From the NCBI GenBank assembly GCA_030704615.1, contig CM060734.1, positions 60,946,001 through 61,010,000 on the forward strand: DNA of 64,000 nt, read 5' to 3'. The translations under genes and the position numbers were made by a program. Position 1 is the first letter of the stretch. Every line of letters begins with the position of its first letter. This stretch comes from Takakia lepidozioides (Eukaryota; Plantae; Bryophyta). The notes under the pieces were generated by a model that saw only the letters and a program-made list of their open reading frames with translations, searched no databases and was not told where the DNA came from. This document shows, piece after piece, positions 27,440 through 38,771 of the stretch.

Positions 27440-29435
27440 TTGTCACTCCAATTCAATATCTCATGCGCTTCAACACTTGCACAGCCAAATCTGGATGCTA
27501 AGGTGCAATCTCCCCGCTCTCTCTTTCCTGTAAAGAATTCTCCCCAACCCACTTGCTAGTTCACCTCCACCCTTCTGTATATGTCCGATCTGGTCACCCT
27601 CAAGCAAAATTCTCGAGGCATCGACGATTTTTCTTCCATTTCTTCTTCCCTCGCACGAGAAACAGAGAGCTCCTCTTCCAAAGATGTGGCCAGGGATGGG
27701 CCATATGAACGACTTTCCAGGTTCATCCCAGTGCGCAAGTTCATTCGTCCAACTCTTCTCCTTCTTCCACTTGGCTCTCGGAAGGTCGGACACACGATGG
27801 CAGCTCTGCTGAGCTCCAGGGAGAGACCGTAGGACCATACCAAAGGCCCTGTCTCCTCCTTGCGAACAGGCCAGCAGTCTCACAGTACCGTAGTATGGAG
27901 AGGATTGGTGGCCCAGGCTGTGGAGCTGAATTGAGTATTGAGCTTGAAAATGTCGGCCCCCGACCCTTCCGAGTGACTTCTATGACAGTTCCTCACCCTC
28001 CATGGATGCGGACGAAAGGTACGCCGTGAAAGTTGCTGCTTGGTTTCTTGGCTTTCTCATCTCGTGTGTTTCTTGAGCAGTGGAAAACGAGGGATTAGCT
28101 CAAGGTGGAGAGCTGTGATTTAGTATCTACGTAAGCTTCGGTAAAGAAGTCATGCCGGAGAACACTATGCTGATTTCGTAATCTACTCTAGCCCCTCAGA
28201 AGTGACAGATGATTGCAGAAACGAGAGGGAGAGGGAGAGATAGAGGAATGTAGCAAGTTCATTCGGTTACGCTCAAAGTTTGATAGCTACAAGCTAGCTA
28301 AACACAATGCATCCTGCATCTCGTGAAGAAGTCCATGGTGAGTTCTTGTGAGGGCTGCATCGTAGAGGGAGAGAGAGAGAGGGATTTTGCGAAATTCCTA
28401 GAGGACCCTTCCTCCATAAGACCCACGTCAATAAGTAGCTGCCGAAGATCTACTTTTAAATAGTGGCTCTTCTCAATAAATTGGCAATTGGGAGCTGACA
28501 GAGTTCTCATGTTCTGGCTGTGCTTGGACGTAGGTGAAGCAATTGGTGAAGAACCATCCGGAAGGAGTTCTTCTCCGATCCTTCACAAGGGTGGCACAAC
28601 TGGATTGATGAGGTGAGGCTATCTTGATCCATGTCTGGAAGGGGTTTAGCAAGGAATCCTTGTGATTGAAGCTGGCATGATGGTGATTTGTGGATTGGAT
28701 TATATCTCCTGTCCCTCAAGTGAAAGACAATTTTGGTTTTCGGTTGCAAAAAGCAGCAAAAGCTCCTCACAGATGCTATCAGTTTGTTGCTTGAGGTTGT
28801 GTGAGGTTGTTCCCTACTATTTGAAACACACCCAGAGCTTGGAGGTTGTGGCCTCGTGCTTGTGGGGCTTTTGTCAAAGCTATGGGCGTTTAAGTGCCCA
28901 CTAGTGGGTTTCATAGAAAGGTCCATGATCAATTCTTCAGATATAACGGCACAAAGGAAGCCCTTTGGATTGTGCGTTTTAACGAAAATTCCTTGGGTGA
29001 AAGCAGAGCTAGCTGTGATGGTACAAGATGGAGTACAAGCTGCTGATGGCTCCAATGTCCATGTACAGCATGGAGCTCCAGGCCAACACTACAATGGGTA
29101 TCGTTTTGATGCTGAGTCAAGGGTTTCAACTCAAACAGGTAGCTTTGGTACAGTTCGTTCTCAAAGTAGATGACTGCAGTAGTCATGTAACCCAGTTTAT
29201 ATGTAGCAAGGAGCCTCTCCTCATAAAGAGAGCTTTCTTTGAAGCATCTAGGAGCTTTTAAGGAACATAATAGCTTAAACCTATGGTAAGTAAGTGATTT
29301 CAGTCATGCAGGACGGCAGGCTCCAATTTGGCACAGTTCTTTGTTGGACATCAAACTGGCGGCAGGGGTAGCACCCATCACCACCAGTTTTGAAAGAGGA
29401 TCAAGAGAGGGACTAAACAAGATCTCTCCTGTAAC

Positions 29436-29672
29436 TTGAGGGGATTGGAGGACCTATCTAAGGCAGGAGCATTGAAAGAGGCACTTCACAGTTTGAACCG
29501 ACAAGGCCTTCAGGCAGTCTCCAATGGTTATGTTACTGTCTTGCAGGAGTGCATCAACTTGAAAGACCTAGCAGATGCAAAGTGGATTTCAACCGAACAC
29601 CTTATTGCTCAACACCCTTGTGAACATGTATGCCAAATGTGGGAGTCTGGTGGAGGCATGCCAAGTTTTTTG
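29436..29672 (+). pseudogene. 5' remnant of a PLS-class PPR gene
   Basis: EDLSKAGALKEAL..YVTVLQECINLKDLADAK, then in a shifted frame LNTLVNMYAKCGSLVEACQVFD, a hallmark PLS-PPR motif. It is frameshifted and ends at TE sequence. Confidence 0.75.
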
Positions 29673-29900
29673 ACTATCAAAATCACAGAGGGGAACTTAA
29701 TTAACACCAGCAAGTACATGACTCCCCACAGAGCACGCGAGTGTTGGACTGGTATATAGGGCCTGGCCGAGTATCAACCAGGGTATCAAATAACCGACCC
29801 CGCTGGTATTGGCTATTGTAATACTAGGGTTAATAACCGGACCACCTGGTATTAGCAATTCCCATGCCTAGGTCAATACCCTGCATAGGCTGGTAGGCCT

Positions 29901-30367
29901 CAGAATTTTGTGTGGCCTCGTCGTAATGAGGCCGCAGGGTGCAGAGGGGACAGGGACCTGACAGCGGGCCCTGCTACATTAAAACGATCCCTATTCCCCT
30001 GTTTCTCTTATATATGAAAAAAACTAGAATTTGTTGGCACGGTGGAGGTTGTGGTATGGTGGTATGTTGATGGCGATGCACACCTCGGGTTCCATTCCCT
30101 GATTGCGGATCACGTGGTAGGCGCTGACTACAATTACCTCCATGGAGGTAGGTATGTAGCTATTCTCATGCAGGTAGTTTCAGCTTGGTTTTGCAACTAC
30201 CTTCATGTAGACAATCCTAAAATTACCTGCATGGAGGTAGTTGTAAATTCCATATGCCAAAAAATTTCTAAGTCCAGGATGCATGAAGGTAGTTTGCTCC
30301 TATATTAATGAAAGGGGGGCCCCATCGTCTGACCAGCCTCATTACGACAAGGCCACACAAAATTTTG
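29901..30367. mobile_element. MITE-like element with 32-bp terminal inverted repeats
   Basis: CAGAATTTTGTGTGGCCTCGTCGTAATGAGGC (29901-29932) versus GCCTCATTACGACAAGGCCACACAAAATTTTG (30336-30367), 30/32 match. Internal reiterated near-palindromes ACCTsCATGsAGGTAG. No clean TSD. Confidence 0.7.
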
Positions 30368-30439
30368 GTAGTGACAAAGGCAATACCCATTTTATGGGCA
30401 AAACCACCCATCCTCTCACCATCATCACCGGAGACAACC

Positions 30440-30600
30440 GCATGTAGCCGAGTAGTGGGCACATACCATGTTGGATGTGGTTGTGGGTTCAAACCACGGT
30501 CTGGTGTGTCATGAAGGTGTTCATCTTTCAGTTGGAAGGCAATAGCCCTTGTGGTCACCATAAGTTCCCTTTGGGAGGCATCATGCTTTCTTTTTTTTTT
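30440..30600 (+). mobile_element. tRNA-derived SINE, family A copy
   Basis: A-box-like TAGCCGAGTAGTGG at 30445, B-box GGTTCAAACC at 30486-30495, body shared with 21660-21830 and 37070-37205, and a terminal T-run. Confidence 0.75.
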
Positions 30601-31803
30601 CACCTGACCGTAACCTTATCGCTGCCATTGTAAACCTTGATATATCCATGGATCATACCACTCACTTTCTCAAAGTTCGATCACGCACCGGTATAAGCGG
30701 CAATGATGCGGCCGACCTCTTTGCCTAGGCAAGCGCTTCCCGCACCCGGTTGACCGTACGGACGATCCCATCCACTCTTTTGGCTAATGCACCCAGCCCC
30801 CCTATACCCGACCAATACGTAATCCGATGACCATCCTCACTCACGAAGCGAACAAACAAGCCATGGCGTCTATTACTCATACCAAGGTCCACATTCAAAA
30901 ATGGACACAATCCACCGTTCTCCACCATAAGTTATCAAACTACTTTTGGCATACAAAAGCTGCTACCAATGCACAAATAAGACATACACTCAAATTTAGA
31001 TACGCCCAATGTATAGGACACCAACGCAAACACATCTTCTTCCCATCCCCCCTCTGCCCACTTTGCTCACATACTCACCAGGTGCGGGACACCTGCCCCA
31101 CCTTCTCAGCGAGTGTACCCACCATGTTATCCACGGCCTTTGTATTACTCGTCACAACCATGCGGTTTAGCCACATTCATAAACCCCCAGACCATATTGT
31201 CCTGTCATGGCTCCTCCCATGTGTTTGTCCCCGCTCACCTTGCACCTACCCCTCCAGGACTAGCCCCTGACATCTTGCTTGTTCATGGATTACCCATCAA
31301 CGCCCCCGCCCACTACTCCATCCCCTAATCTTACCATTCACTTCATCGAATTTACATTCTGCCATGATCGTTATCCCGCTTCCTCCACCTTAGAAAAACG
31401 ACAGAAATATGCACCGCTCATCCTTACTATCCGCCAACGAGGTTGGAACACCGGTCCACTATATGTCATCACGGCCAGAACCAGAGGTGGCATCCACAAT
31501 GCCAGTATCATCGCACTACACAGAAACTTTCATATCCCTATCCCCCCTATCCACAAATGTTTAAAGACAATACACCTCACGGCGCTTGGTTCCCTCACAA
31601 CTGTTATTACCAATAAGCGACAACTTGAATCCAACCCCCTTTTGGTACCTTAGGATACCGGTACCTCTTTCCTATGGCTACTCGGTGTCCTTTGGACACT
31701 TGATTTCTTTATAGGGCCCACACCCGAAAAGTGGTAGTAGCCGTGAAACGAAGTGGCTCTTAGTTACGCCGGTTTAGGCCAGAGCCTTCTCTCTCTCTCT
31801 CTT
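30601..31803 (+). mobile_element. 3' fragment of an RNase H + zinc finger + restriction-like endonuclease LINE (Dualen/RandI-like), degenerate
   Basis: RNase H C-terminus (HFLKVRSRTGISGNDAADLFA), then LKFRY..CPLC..DTCPHLLSEC..RHN (CCHC), SWLLP..PDILLV..IHFIEFTFCHD..EKRQKY (PD-(D/E)xK-like) and GW..GGIH, stop at 31653. A structured 3' UTR and (CT)n tail follow. Several frameshifts and stops. Confidence 0.75.
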
Positions 31804-33037
31804 ATGGGCAAAAAGATTGACTATACACATGTATAGGTATCAAGTAGGGCGTGTGCACATGTGAGGGTTAGGGCATGTCCAACCCCAAGGGCGGCCATTA
31901 TTCTTCATTTTTTAGCACATGTCAAGGCTCTCAAGTGTTTATCTGCAAGCCCGCCTCAAGACCTACATCAAGGCAGCCACAAACATTTGAGAGTTTAGGG
32001 TTCCACTAGAGTACTATTGGAATGATCACAAATGGACCATGGCTAAGAGGGAGGGGACAAATGTGACTACAGCCGTGTCTGAGTTAGCTTCACTTTGCAT
32101 ACTTAAATCTGCAATATTATTATGTAATGAACATTCATTTTTTGGGGAAGTCGGGTATGCTTTTTCTTTTTCTTTTTTCTTTTCCTTTTTTTTTCAGCAA
32201 AGAGGGGATGGAAGCTCTCGAAATTGATTGCAGATGGTGGAAAAAATAACCACCGATAAGGTCGTGAAGGCTTACGGTAGGGACGACCTTGCAATCTAGC
32301 AAAAGATAAAGAAGTGAATATGAAGTCCTGAGTACGAGAGAACAGAATGAAACCAATGAGGATTTCATATAAGTAGAAACCAGAGTTATGTGGTCTAGCT
32401 GGTGGGAGAAGATAAGAAGAGACGGGGCTTTAGGTTGCACACGAACAATGCTAAGGACAGAGAAGAGTTCATAACCAATAAACTAGAAACTAGGATTTAA
32501 GTTGTGTCTTGAGCTGGGGTTGCGAGCGCGGCGGTGTCGCCAATTGCAATCACCCTCCTCCTCTTCACCAAGGGACTTCCCATTGCGTGGCGATGGCGTC
32601 ATCCCAATGGAAGTGCGAGTCCGAAGGACGGGAGCCGAGCAAGCTACCCATTTGAATGACGGGATCAACTCCAATTGAGGCGAGATTTGGCAGGCTTCAT
32701 CCTCTTGGGATTCCTCATCCAAGAAGCCAAAAAAAAACCATCCAATTTGGCCAACACATCTAGTGCTGCCACTTGGTCAAACTTGGTCAGATCCCTTAAT
32801 TATAACTCTCTTACATACACGTGTGAAGAAATGTTCACATGAAAAAGACAGAATTACCTTCATCAATTCCTGACCTCCTTGATTGCGTGATGAGACAACT
32901 TTGCTTTAACTCGAAATTAGGGCAATCAATTGCCGAATCAAAGTAGTGCACGACAAGGGCCACTCGATGGCAGTAATTTCATACAATTTGAAGCATATCT
33001 GAAAACGCAATTTACATTGAAGTGGGCCCGGTGCTCG

Positions 33038-34022
33038 GGGAGGTCACTCCCTATCTAGTTTCCTAGGCACGTGAGGCAAATAGGCATTTTCTATGGGGGT
33101 ATTAATTTTATTTTCTGAAATTTTGGCCACCCTATTATTACATAATTTTGTAATATGACATATTTTCTTTTAGGCTATATTATTTATATTTTATAGCAGG
33201 TAACAAATATTGGACACCCTATATTAACCTGAAATTTTTTATAAAAAATTACGGGGTAATGAATTTTTTATTTGCTGGAAACAAATTTATCCAAAGTAGA
33301 TGCATCAGCATCATTTAAAGTATAAAGGTTCTGATCAAATCTCATAGTAATTGAACTAATAATTGAATTTATGTCTATCCACTTGCTGTCAGTTACATCG
33401 TATTTTGAATTTCAGATGCCCTCTAGATTTTGAGAAGTAGTTGAGAAGCACCATGATTGTTATGGCTGGCTTGTTGAGAAGATCAACTGGTTGTCGAGAG
33501 ACCTCCCACCTACTCCCTACCTTTCTTCTCATTTTTGTATTACGTCTATCCACCATGTCCCTCAAAACCTATGGGCCGTCATGCTTGTATTGCCATTCTT
33601 CCCTCGAAATCTACGCTTCTCCATTGTCACGCCTTGCAAGCTTCAAAACCTGTAGGCCACAATGCTTGCACCACTGATCGCACAACCCTTTCCTGCTGTA
33701 TGTCTAACACAATGTCACCACGAATTGCAACCGATAGGAGAGAGGAAAGCCTAGGGTTGTTGTGCACATGCGCCTACGCCCTCTCCGCTGCGTGTCACTG
33801 ATCGACACGTGTCCCTTTAATTTATCTCCACCCTATATTAGTTTTTTTTTTTTTTGAAGAATCCGTCTTTATTTTGGACCCTATTTAAATTTACATGTGG
33901 TGCCGCCAATATATTAGTACCCTATAGTATTTCTAAATATATTCTAAATTTTATTTTCTCAAAATTTTCGGCACCCTATATTTTTTTGCACGTCAAGTGG
34001 TAATATTTGGAAGTGACCTCCC
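33038..34022. mobile_element. AT-rich TIR element (MITE/MULE-like)
   Basis: GGGAGGTCACTCCC at 33038 versus GGAAGTGACCTCCC ending at 34022 (13/14 inverted match). Several CACCCTAT-type subterminal motifs near both ends. No TSD seen. Confidence 0.5.
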
Positions 34023-34059
34023 ATTGGCCTGGTGACCCGTTTCGGGTCTGTTGAGCGTT

Positions 34060-34834
34060 TAAGGATTAATGGTTACATTACTTTGTTTCCATGACTCGAG
34101 ATTATGGCTTAATGGCTATAGTGGAGCATTTTGGTTGCATGATGGACCTTCTTAGCCGTGGAGAGAAATTGGAGGAGGCAAAGGATTTCATTAAGGAAAT
34201 GCCAATTGAGGTGTAGTGTGGGGGCCCTTGCTTGGCGCCTGCCATATTCATGGAGATGTGGAGCTAGTAGAGCAAGTTGCAAAAAACCTTCTCAACAGCA
34301 ATCAATATGAGCATGTTGCAACATATGTGCTTCTATTAAATATCTATGTTACTGCTGGCAGATGGGACGAGAAAGCAAAGGTGAGAAAAATGATGGAGGA
34401 AAAGGTGTAAAAAAAAAAGAAACAAGCCGCAACTGCATTGAGATTAACAACCAGGTGCATATATTTGTTATAGAAGACAAAATGCATTCCCAAATTGAGG
34501 AAATCCGTGCTGCAGTAAAGAGAATGTTTGGGCAGATGAGGGAAGTCGGGTATGTGCCTGACACTCGTTCTGTATTACATGATGTGGAAGAGGAGAAAAA
34601 AAAAAAGTTTTATCTTTGCTATCACAGTGAGAAGCTGGCTACTGCTTTTGGGATCATCAGCACACCCCAGATGACACCTATATGTATCATCAAGAGCTTG
34701 AGGGTGTGTGGTGATTGCGGCGACTGCCATACAACCACCAAGTTCATCTCAAAAACTGTCAGGCGAGCACTTGTTGTATGAAATAACAACCATTTCCATC
34801 ACTTCCAAGATGGGCTTGTAGGGATTATTGGTGA
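34060..34834 (+). pseudogene. 3' remnant of a PLS-E-DYW PPR RNA-editing factor
   Basis: VEHFGCMMDLLSR..EEAKDFIKEMPIE, VWGPLLGACHIHGDVEL, YVLLLNIY..AGRWD, GYVPDTRSVLHDVEEE, CYHSEKLATAFG, LRVCGDC..H, FHHFQDG and terminal DYW* (TGA at 34832-34834). Contains frameshifts and a premature stop at 34779-34781. Confidence 0.92.
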
Positions 34835-34999
34835 AATTAGTAACACGCACAGAAGAAAATGTGTCACTTCAAACATGACTTGGGTGGGCGGTTCATCATT
34901 AGTGATTAAAACTAAAGAACTCTTATGTTTCATTGGAATGCAATGGCCTTCAGTAGTCACTTCCCTCAGTCATTTCCCTTGGACAACCACAATCCATTC

Positions 35000-35560
35000 T
35001 TGAGGCAGTAAATATTAATTCAAGGCTCTCATTGACATTCAACTATGGGCCACGACCATATCGGCACAACCTTCTTCATCCTTTTGGATGGAGTTGGTGA
35101 TGACTAACATGAGGAGTCAATGGGCTGCAATATATCTTGTATAAGAGAATGATGGATATGAGGAACCAAAATATGGTGTAGATTGCGAGGGTGTTGGGGA
35201 CTATGGTTTTGATGCGCCATTTGGGTCAGAGCCGGGAGGAAGAAGAGTTGGAGGACGCCAGCTCAAGGACCATGAAAATGAGATGAACACACATTTGTAC
35301 AAAGGGGCAAATGTGAGTTGCATCTCCACCATCTTGCAGTTGCTTAGTTTGCAAATTCGTTTCAGCATAAGTAACGTGGGCTTGTCCACGATCATGCAGA
35401 CCTTCGTTGACTACATTCTTGCCCCTCTCATTTGGAGCCAAAAATGCCAATATCCCATAAAGAGGCAAGAGGGGTTCTAGAGCACACTGTGGAGATGGGT
35501 TAAAAGATTATTCCTGCATTTGAGCTTTGTAGTATGAGAGCATGACAATGTCACCAAGTG
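35000..35560 (+). mobile_element. CACTA (En/Spm) transposase fragment, degenerate
   Basis: LYKGANVSCISTILQLLSLQIRFSISN..ILAP / MPISHKEARGVL..G*KIIPA matches the pattern of the region upstream of the Tnp2 (Transposase_21) domain: PLY.G..S.L..L..K...SN..LP.S..EAK..L..G.Y..I.AC. Confidence 0.6.
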
Positions 35561-37069
35561 TGCATATCTCTCTTCAAAGATTATTTTGAGGTCAAATGCA
35601 GATTTGTATGAGTATTGGAAAATGTTTTCAGATCATTTGCGACTAAATTGTTAAAAATTTCCAAAACAGTTGGAATTTAGAAAAATAATCTAAATTTCGG
35701 TGAATAGTTTGTATGCTTTATGATATTCATGTGTTTTGACAGAATACATACTTTGTTATCTTAAGCGTATGTGCTTGTGATTATGTATTGTGGTTGAACC
35801 TAGGGTTAACCAAGAGTACCATTGTGGTGCAGACTCTTTAAACCTCTACACAAAACCGAGCTTTTGACCCGATTTCCCTACGTGTCAACTTGTGATTGTG
35901 TTTGAGGGCCACACCATGTCACTACCAGTAACTTTACATTTTTCTAGCATAAAATTCATAATTATATTTAAAATAATTATTAATATACAAGTCAAGAATC
36001 ATTGTTCTGTCGATAAATATCATGGGCGCCCATATGAACGACCACTTGTGCAGTTCATTGAATTATAATGGAATATATAGTTCCATCGGTCAAGAAGTAA
36101 ATATACAAACCCCAATATCACCACATTGATAGCCAATAGTATGTAGTATGTCTGCTCCCATTCAATATGTACAAACAAAATTCGATTAGAGTCAAAGGAT
36201 ACATAATTATCTGACCCTTCTAAATTTTCGGATGATTCAATAGCCTTAATGTTACTAATGTATAACCAAACATGGATGACAAAACCTGTAAAGCTAAATT
36301 GACCTTATGTGATCTATTTGGATAGCACTAACACAGATCTTTGTTTGGGATTGTTTACGTTTGTTAAATTATATGTTAATGTTCATTTTATTACAATCAC
36401 ATCTTCTATTCAATAACCATATCATATTGGTGCACTAAAATGGTCGGTTGTGTGAGATGAAATTGACATCAATTGACTCACCGTAATAGTGTCAAGAACC
36501 CATATAGACACAAAGAGATCTAATCCCTTGAACATCTTGTTCCCCTGAATTGTCGCAAACATGTCAACTTTAAGGAATACGAAATACTCATTATGCAGTG
36601 AAAATTATTATAATTAATTTTTTTATTGGCTCCTCTTTATTCTAAGAGGAGACTACGCATTAGTGTCAAAAATTGCTAAGCCCTTGTTGTTCCCCAGGTG
36701 TCACCTCATCTCCTTTGCTGAAAAACTAACACCTCCCTCACATAAATGTCTCTTATTGAACAATTTATGACGAATAAATTGATGATTTATCAAGTTTATT
36801 ATGGATGAAAGTAGATTCCACTATTCATGCGACCAGCTTGTTTATCTCAGAAATCAGTTTGATCAAAAATCAAAAATCAATTTCAAAAGTAATCAATTTG
36901 ATAGATTACTATGTTATTTTTTACTGAAGCGATGAACTCTCTATAGCTGCTCATGAGGTTCAGACGTTCAGACCGACCAGCGTATGAAACACAGTGTTGA
37001 TATGTCTTTACTGGCGCAATATACATTTTTGCTTTGTTAGAATGGACTAATCTTCCTTCACATAATTTA

Positions 37070-37205
37070 TGGCGTCACTGATCCCCAAGGGCTACTGCCT
37101 TGCGGTGGAAAGGTGGACACCGGACACCTTTATGACATCCAATATGTGGTTTGAACCCGCAACCACTAGTGAGGCGGTTTGTGCTCTTCCATACACTGGG
37201 ATGTC
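37070..37205 (-). mobile_element. tRNA-derived SINE, family A, diverged copy
   Basis: CAAGGGCTACTGCCTT..GAAAGGTGGACACC..TTATGACA..GTGGTTTGAACCCGCAACCAC aligns with 21720-21800. Confidence 0.65.
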
Positions 37206-37603
37206 AATTCCAGTATAGTATCAAAATGGAGACCATGGCACTAAGGCGCTATGGTTATATTAAGAAAATCTTTTTGATGCCTATGTATCGACATCTAAAC
37301 ACACAATATTTTATTTCATGAACTTATAGAATAGAAACAAAGAGACCCACTGTAATAAATCTCAGAATTTTCAGGACATGAATAGTCTAAATACACTGCC
37401 ATGATAGATAGATAGATATAAAGAGGGGAATATCCGAACATGATATTACTTGCAGCAATAATAATGCTCTTTAACAAAATAATACCTAAGCTGTTTAGTT
37501 GAATACTACCATGCCAAATTTAAAACTGAGTCTGATTAGACACACAATTTAAAGTTAAAACCAAAAATCAACCAAGAAGGAAGCAATCGGAAAGTAACAT
37601 GTA

Positions 37604-38771
37604 CCTTAAAGGCCGCATAATACCAATAATAGGTTGTACCCAGACAAGACACATGATAAATACTCCAAGCTTCACATGAGCTGTGTATTGTAGAGATTGA
37701 AACTTATTCAATGCAATGCCTGCCCCTATCGTCGAAAGCACTATTCCCAGCACCTGATGGCACATTAAAGGATATTTTGATTAACATTTGTTTGTCCTCA
37801 TCACTAATTCTCTACAATTGAGTAAATTGCCAACAGTCAGTAGCTCAGTTAGATAGTGCACTCAGTGCCACCCAAATGATTTTGAGGTCAAATCCGGCTA
37901 CTAATGTGAAAGAGGTTATTTTCTCCTCTCTCTAAAATTAAGGGTACTACCTGATTTGTGAGCCGTTGCTCCCAGGTATTTCCCTTTTTTTTTTAAGTAA
38001 ATTAAAAACAAAAAAATTCGAGGGCCACTTTCCCTCTTTAAAAAAAACTTCTAGATCAATATCTGGGAAAAGCTTGTCATGGAAGGCTATATATATATGA
38101 AGATAGCTTTGATAAATTTTGAAGTGCAGATCTTTGGTTGATGTATATAAGAAAGCTGTGAACAACTGAACAGTGCTGGATTAGTGAATTGCCTGCCTAA
38201 CAAGCCTCTACTTACAGCCGTTGTTATCCCTTCCTAGTGTATCGCCCACAAACCTTTATAAACTTGAGCGGTGGCCGGGGCTCACTACAAAACCAAAAAC
38301 CCAAAAAACTTCTACATCATATTAGGTCCAATGGGATCATGAGCTTGTAATTATGATTCAGATTCAAACTGAATTTACTCAATCCCTAATTGGTTGTGAA
38401 GTTTGACAAAATGTGTGGCATGACAATGACGCGAGTCCGAATGTTGAATTCCACACTTGTTCATGTGCGCTACCTATTGTAATAAAGTTGAAGTAATTAT
38501 CGATTAGAAACAATTCATAAATTGCAGGAACCACATATTATCATTGTCATACCTGAACCATCCAATGTATGTGGAACCATTTTTTGAGACGAAACTGCCT
38601 ATACTTGACTATAATGACCCCAACTGGGAACATAACACCAAACGCTAGCCACATAAGGAAGGCATGCGCCTTGTACCATGATATGGTTGTTACCGGGCCG
38701 TCTTGGCCGTCTACTCTACTTGCAAGAGATCCAAACACTAGGACCAACACAATTGATTGAAAAGAAACCAT
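37604..38771 (-). pseudogene. Cytochrome b561 (CYBDOM-type b561 domain) gene, only the first two exons detectable
   Basis: Exon about 38771-38553: signal peptide + KAHAFLMWLAFGVMFPVGV..WFHIHWMVQ. Exon about 37753-37604: VLGIVLSTIGAGIAL..TAHVKLGVFIMCLVWVQPIIGIMRP. Three of the four heme-ligand His are present. No downstream exon was recognised. Confidence 0.7.

Noticed and set aside
27470-27883. Overlapping ORFs upstream of NFU
   Set aside because: No recognisable motif. Probably 5' UTR or promoter sequence.
28298-29261. Cluster of 70-180 aa ORFs on both strands
   Set aside because: No recognisable family or coherent exon chain. Possibly decayed upstream sequence of the PPR pseudogene.
31730-31790. 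Hammerhead ribozyme in the LINE 3' UTR
   Set aside because: GAAA is present in copy 1 only, and there is no CUGANGA core in either copy.
37838-37905. tRNA-like TAGCTCAGTTAGATAG..GGTCAAATCC, with a similar motif at about 54300-54365
   Set aside because: No convincing cloverleaf. At best these are decayed SINE heads, so they are not called as tRNA genes.
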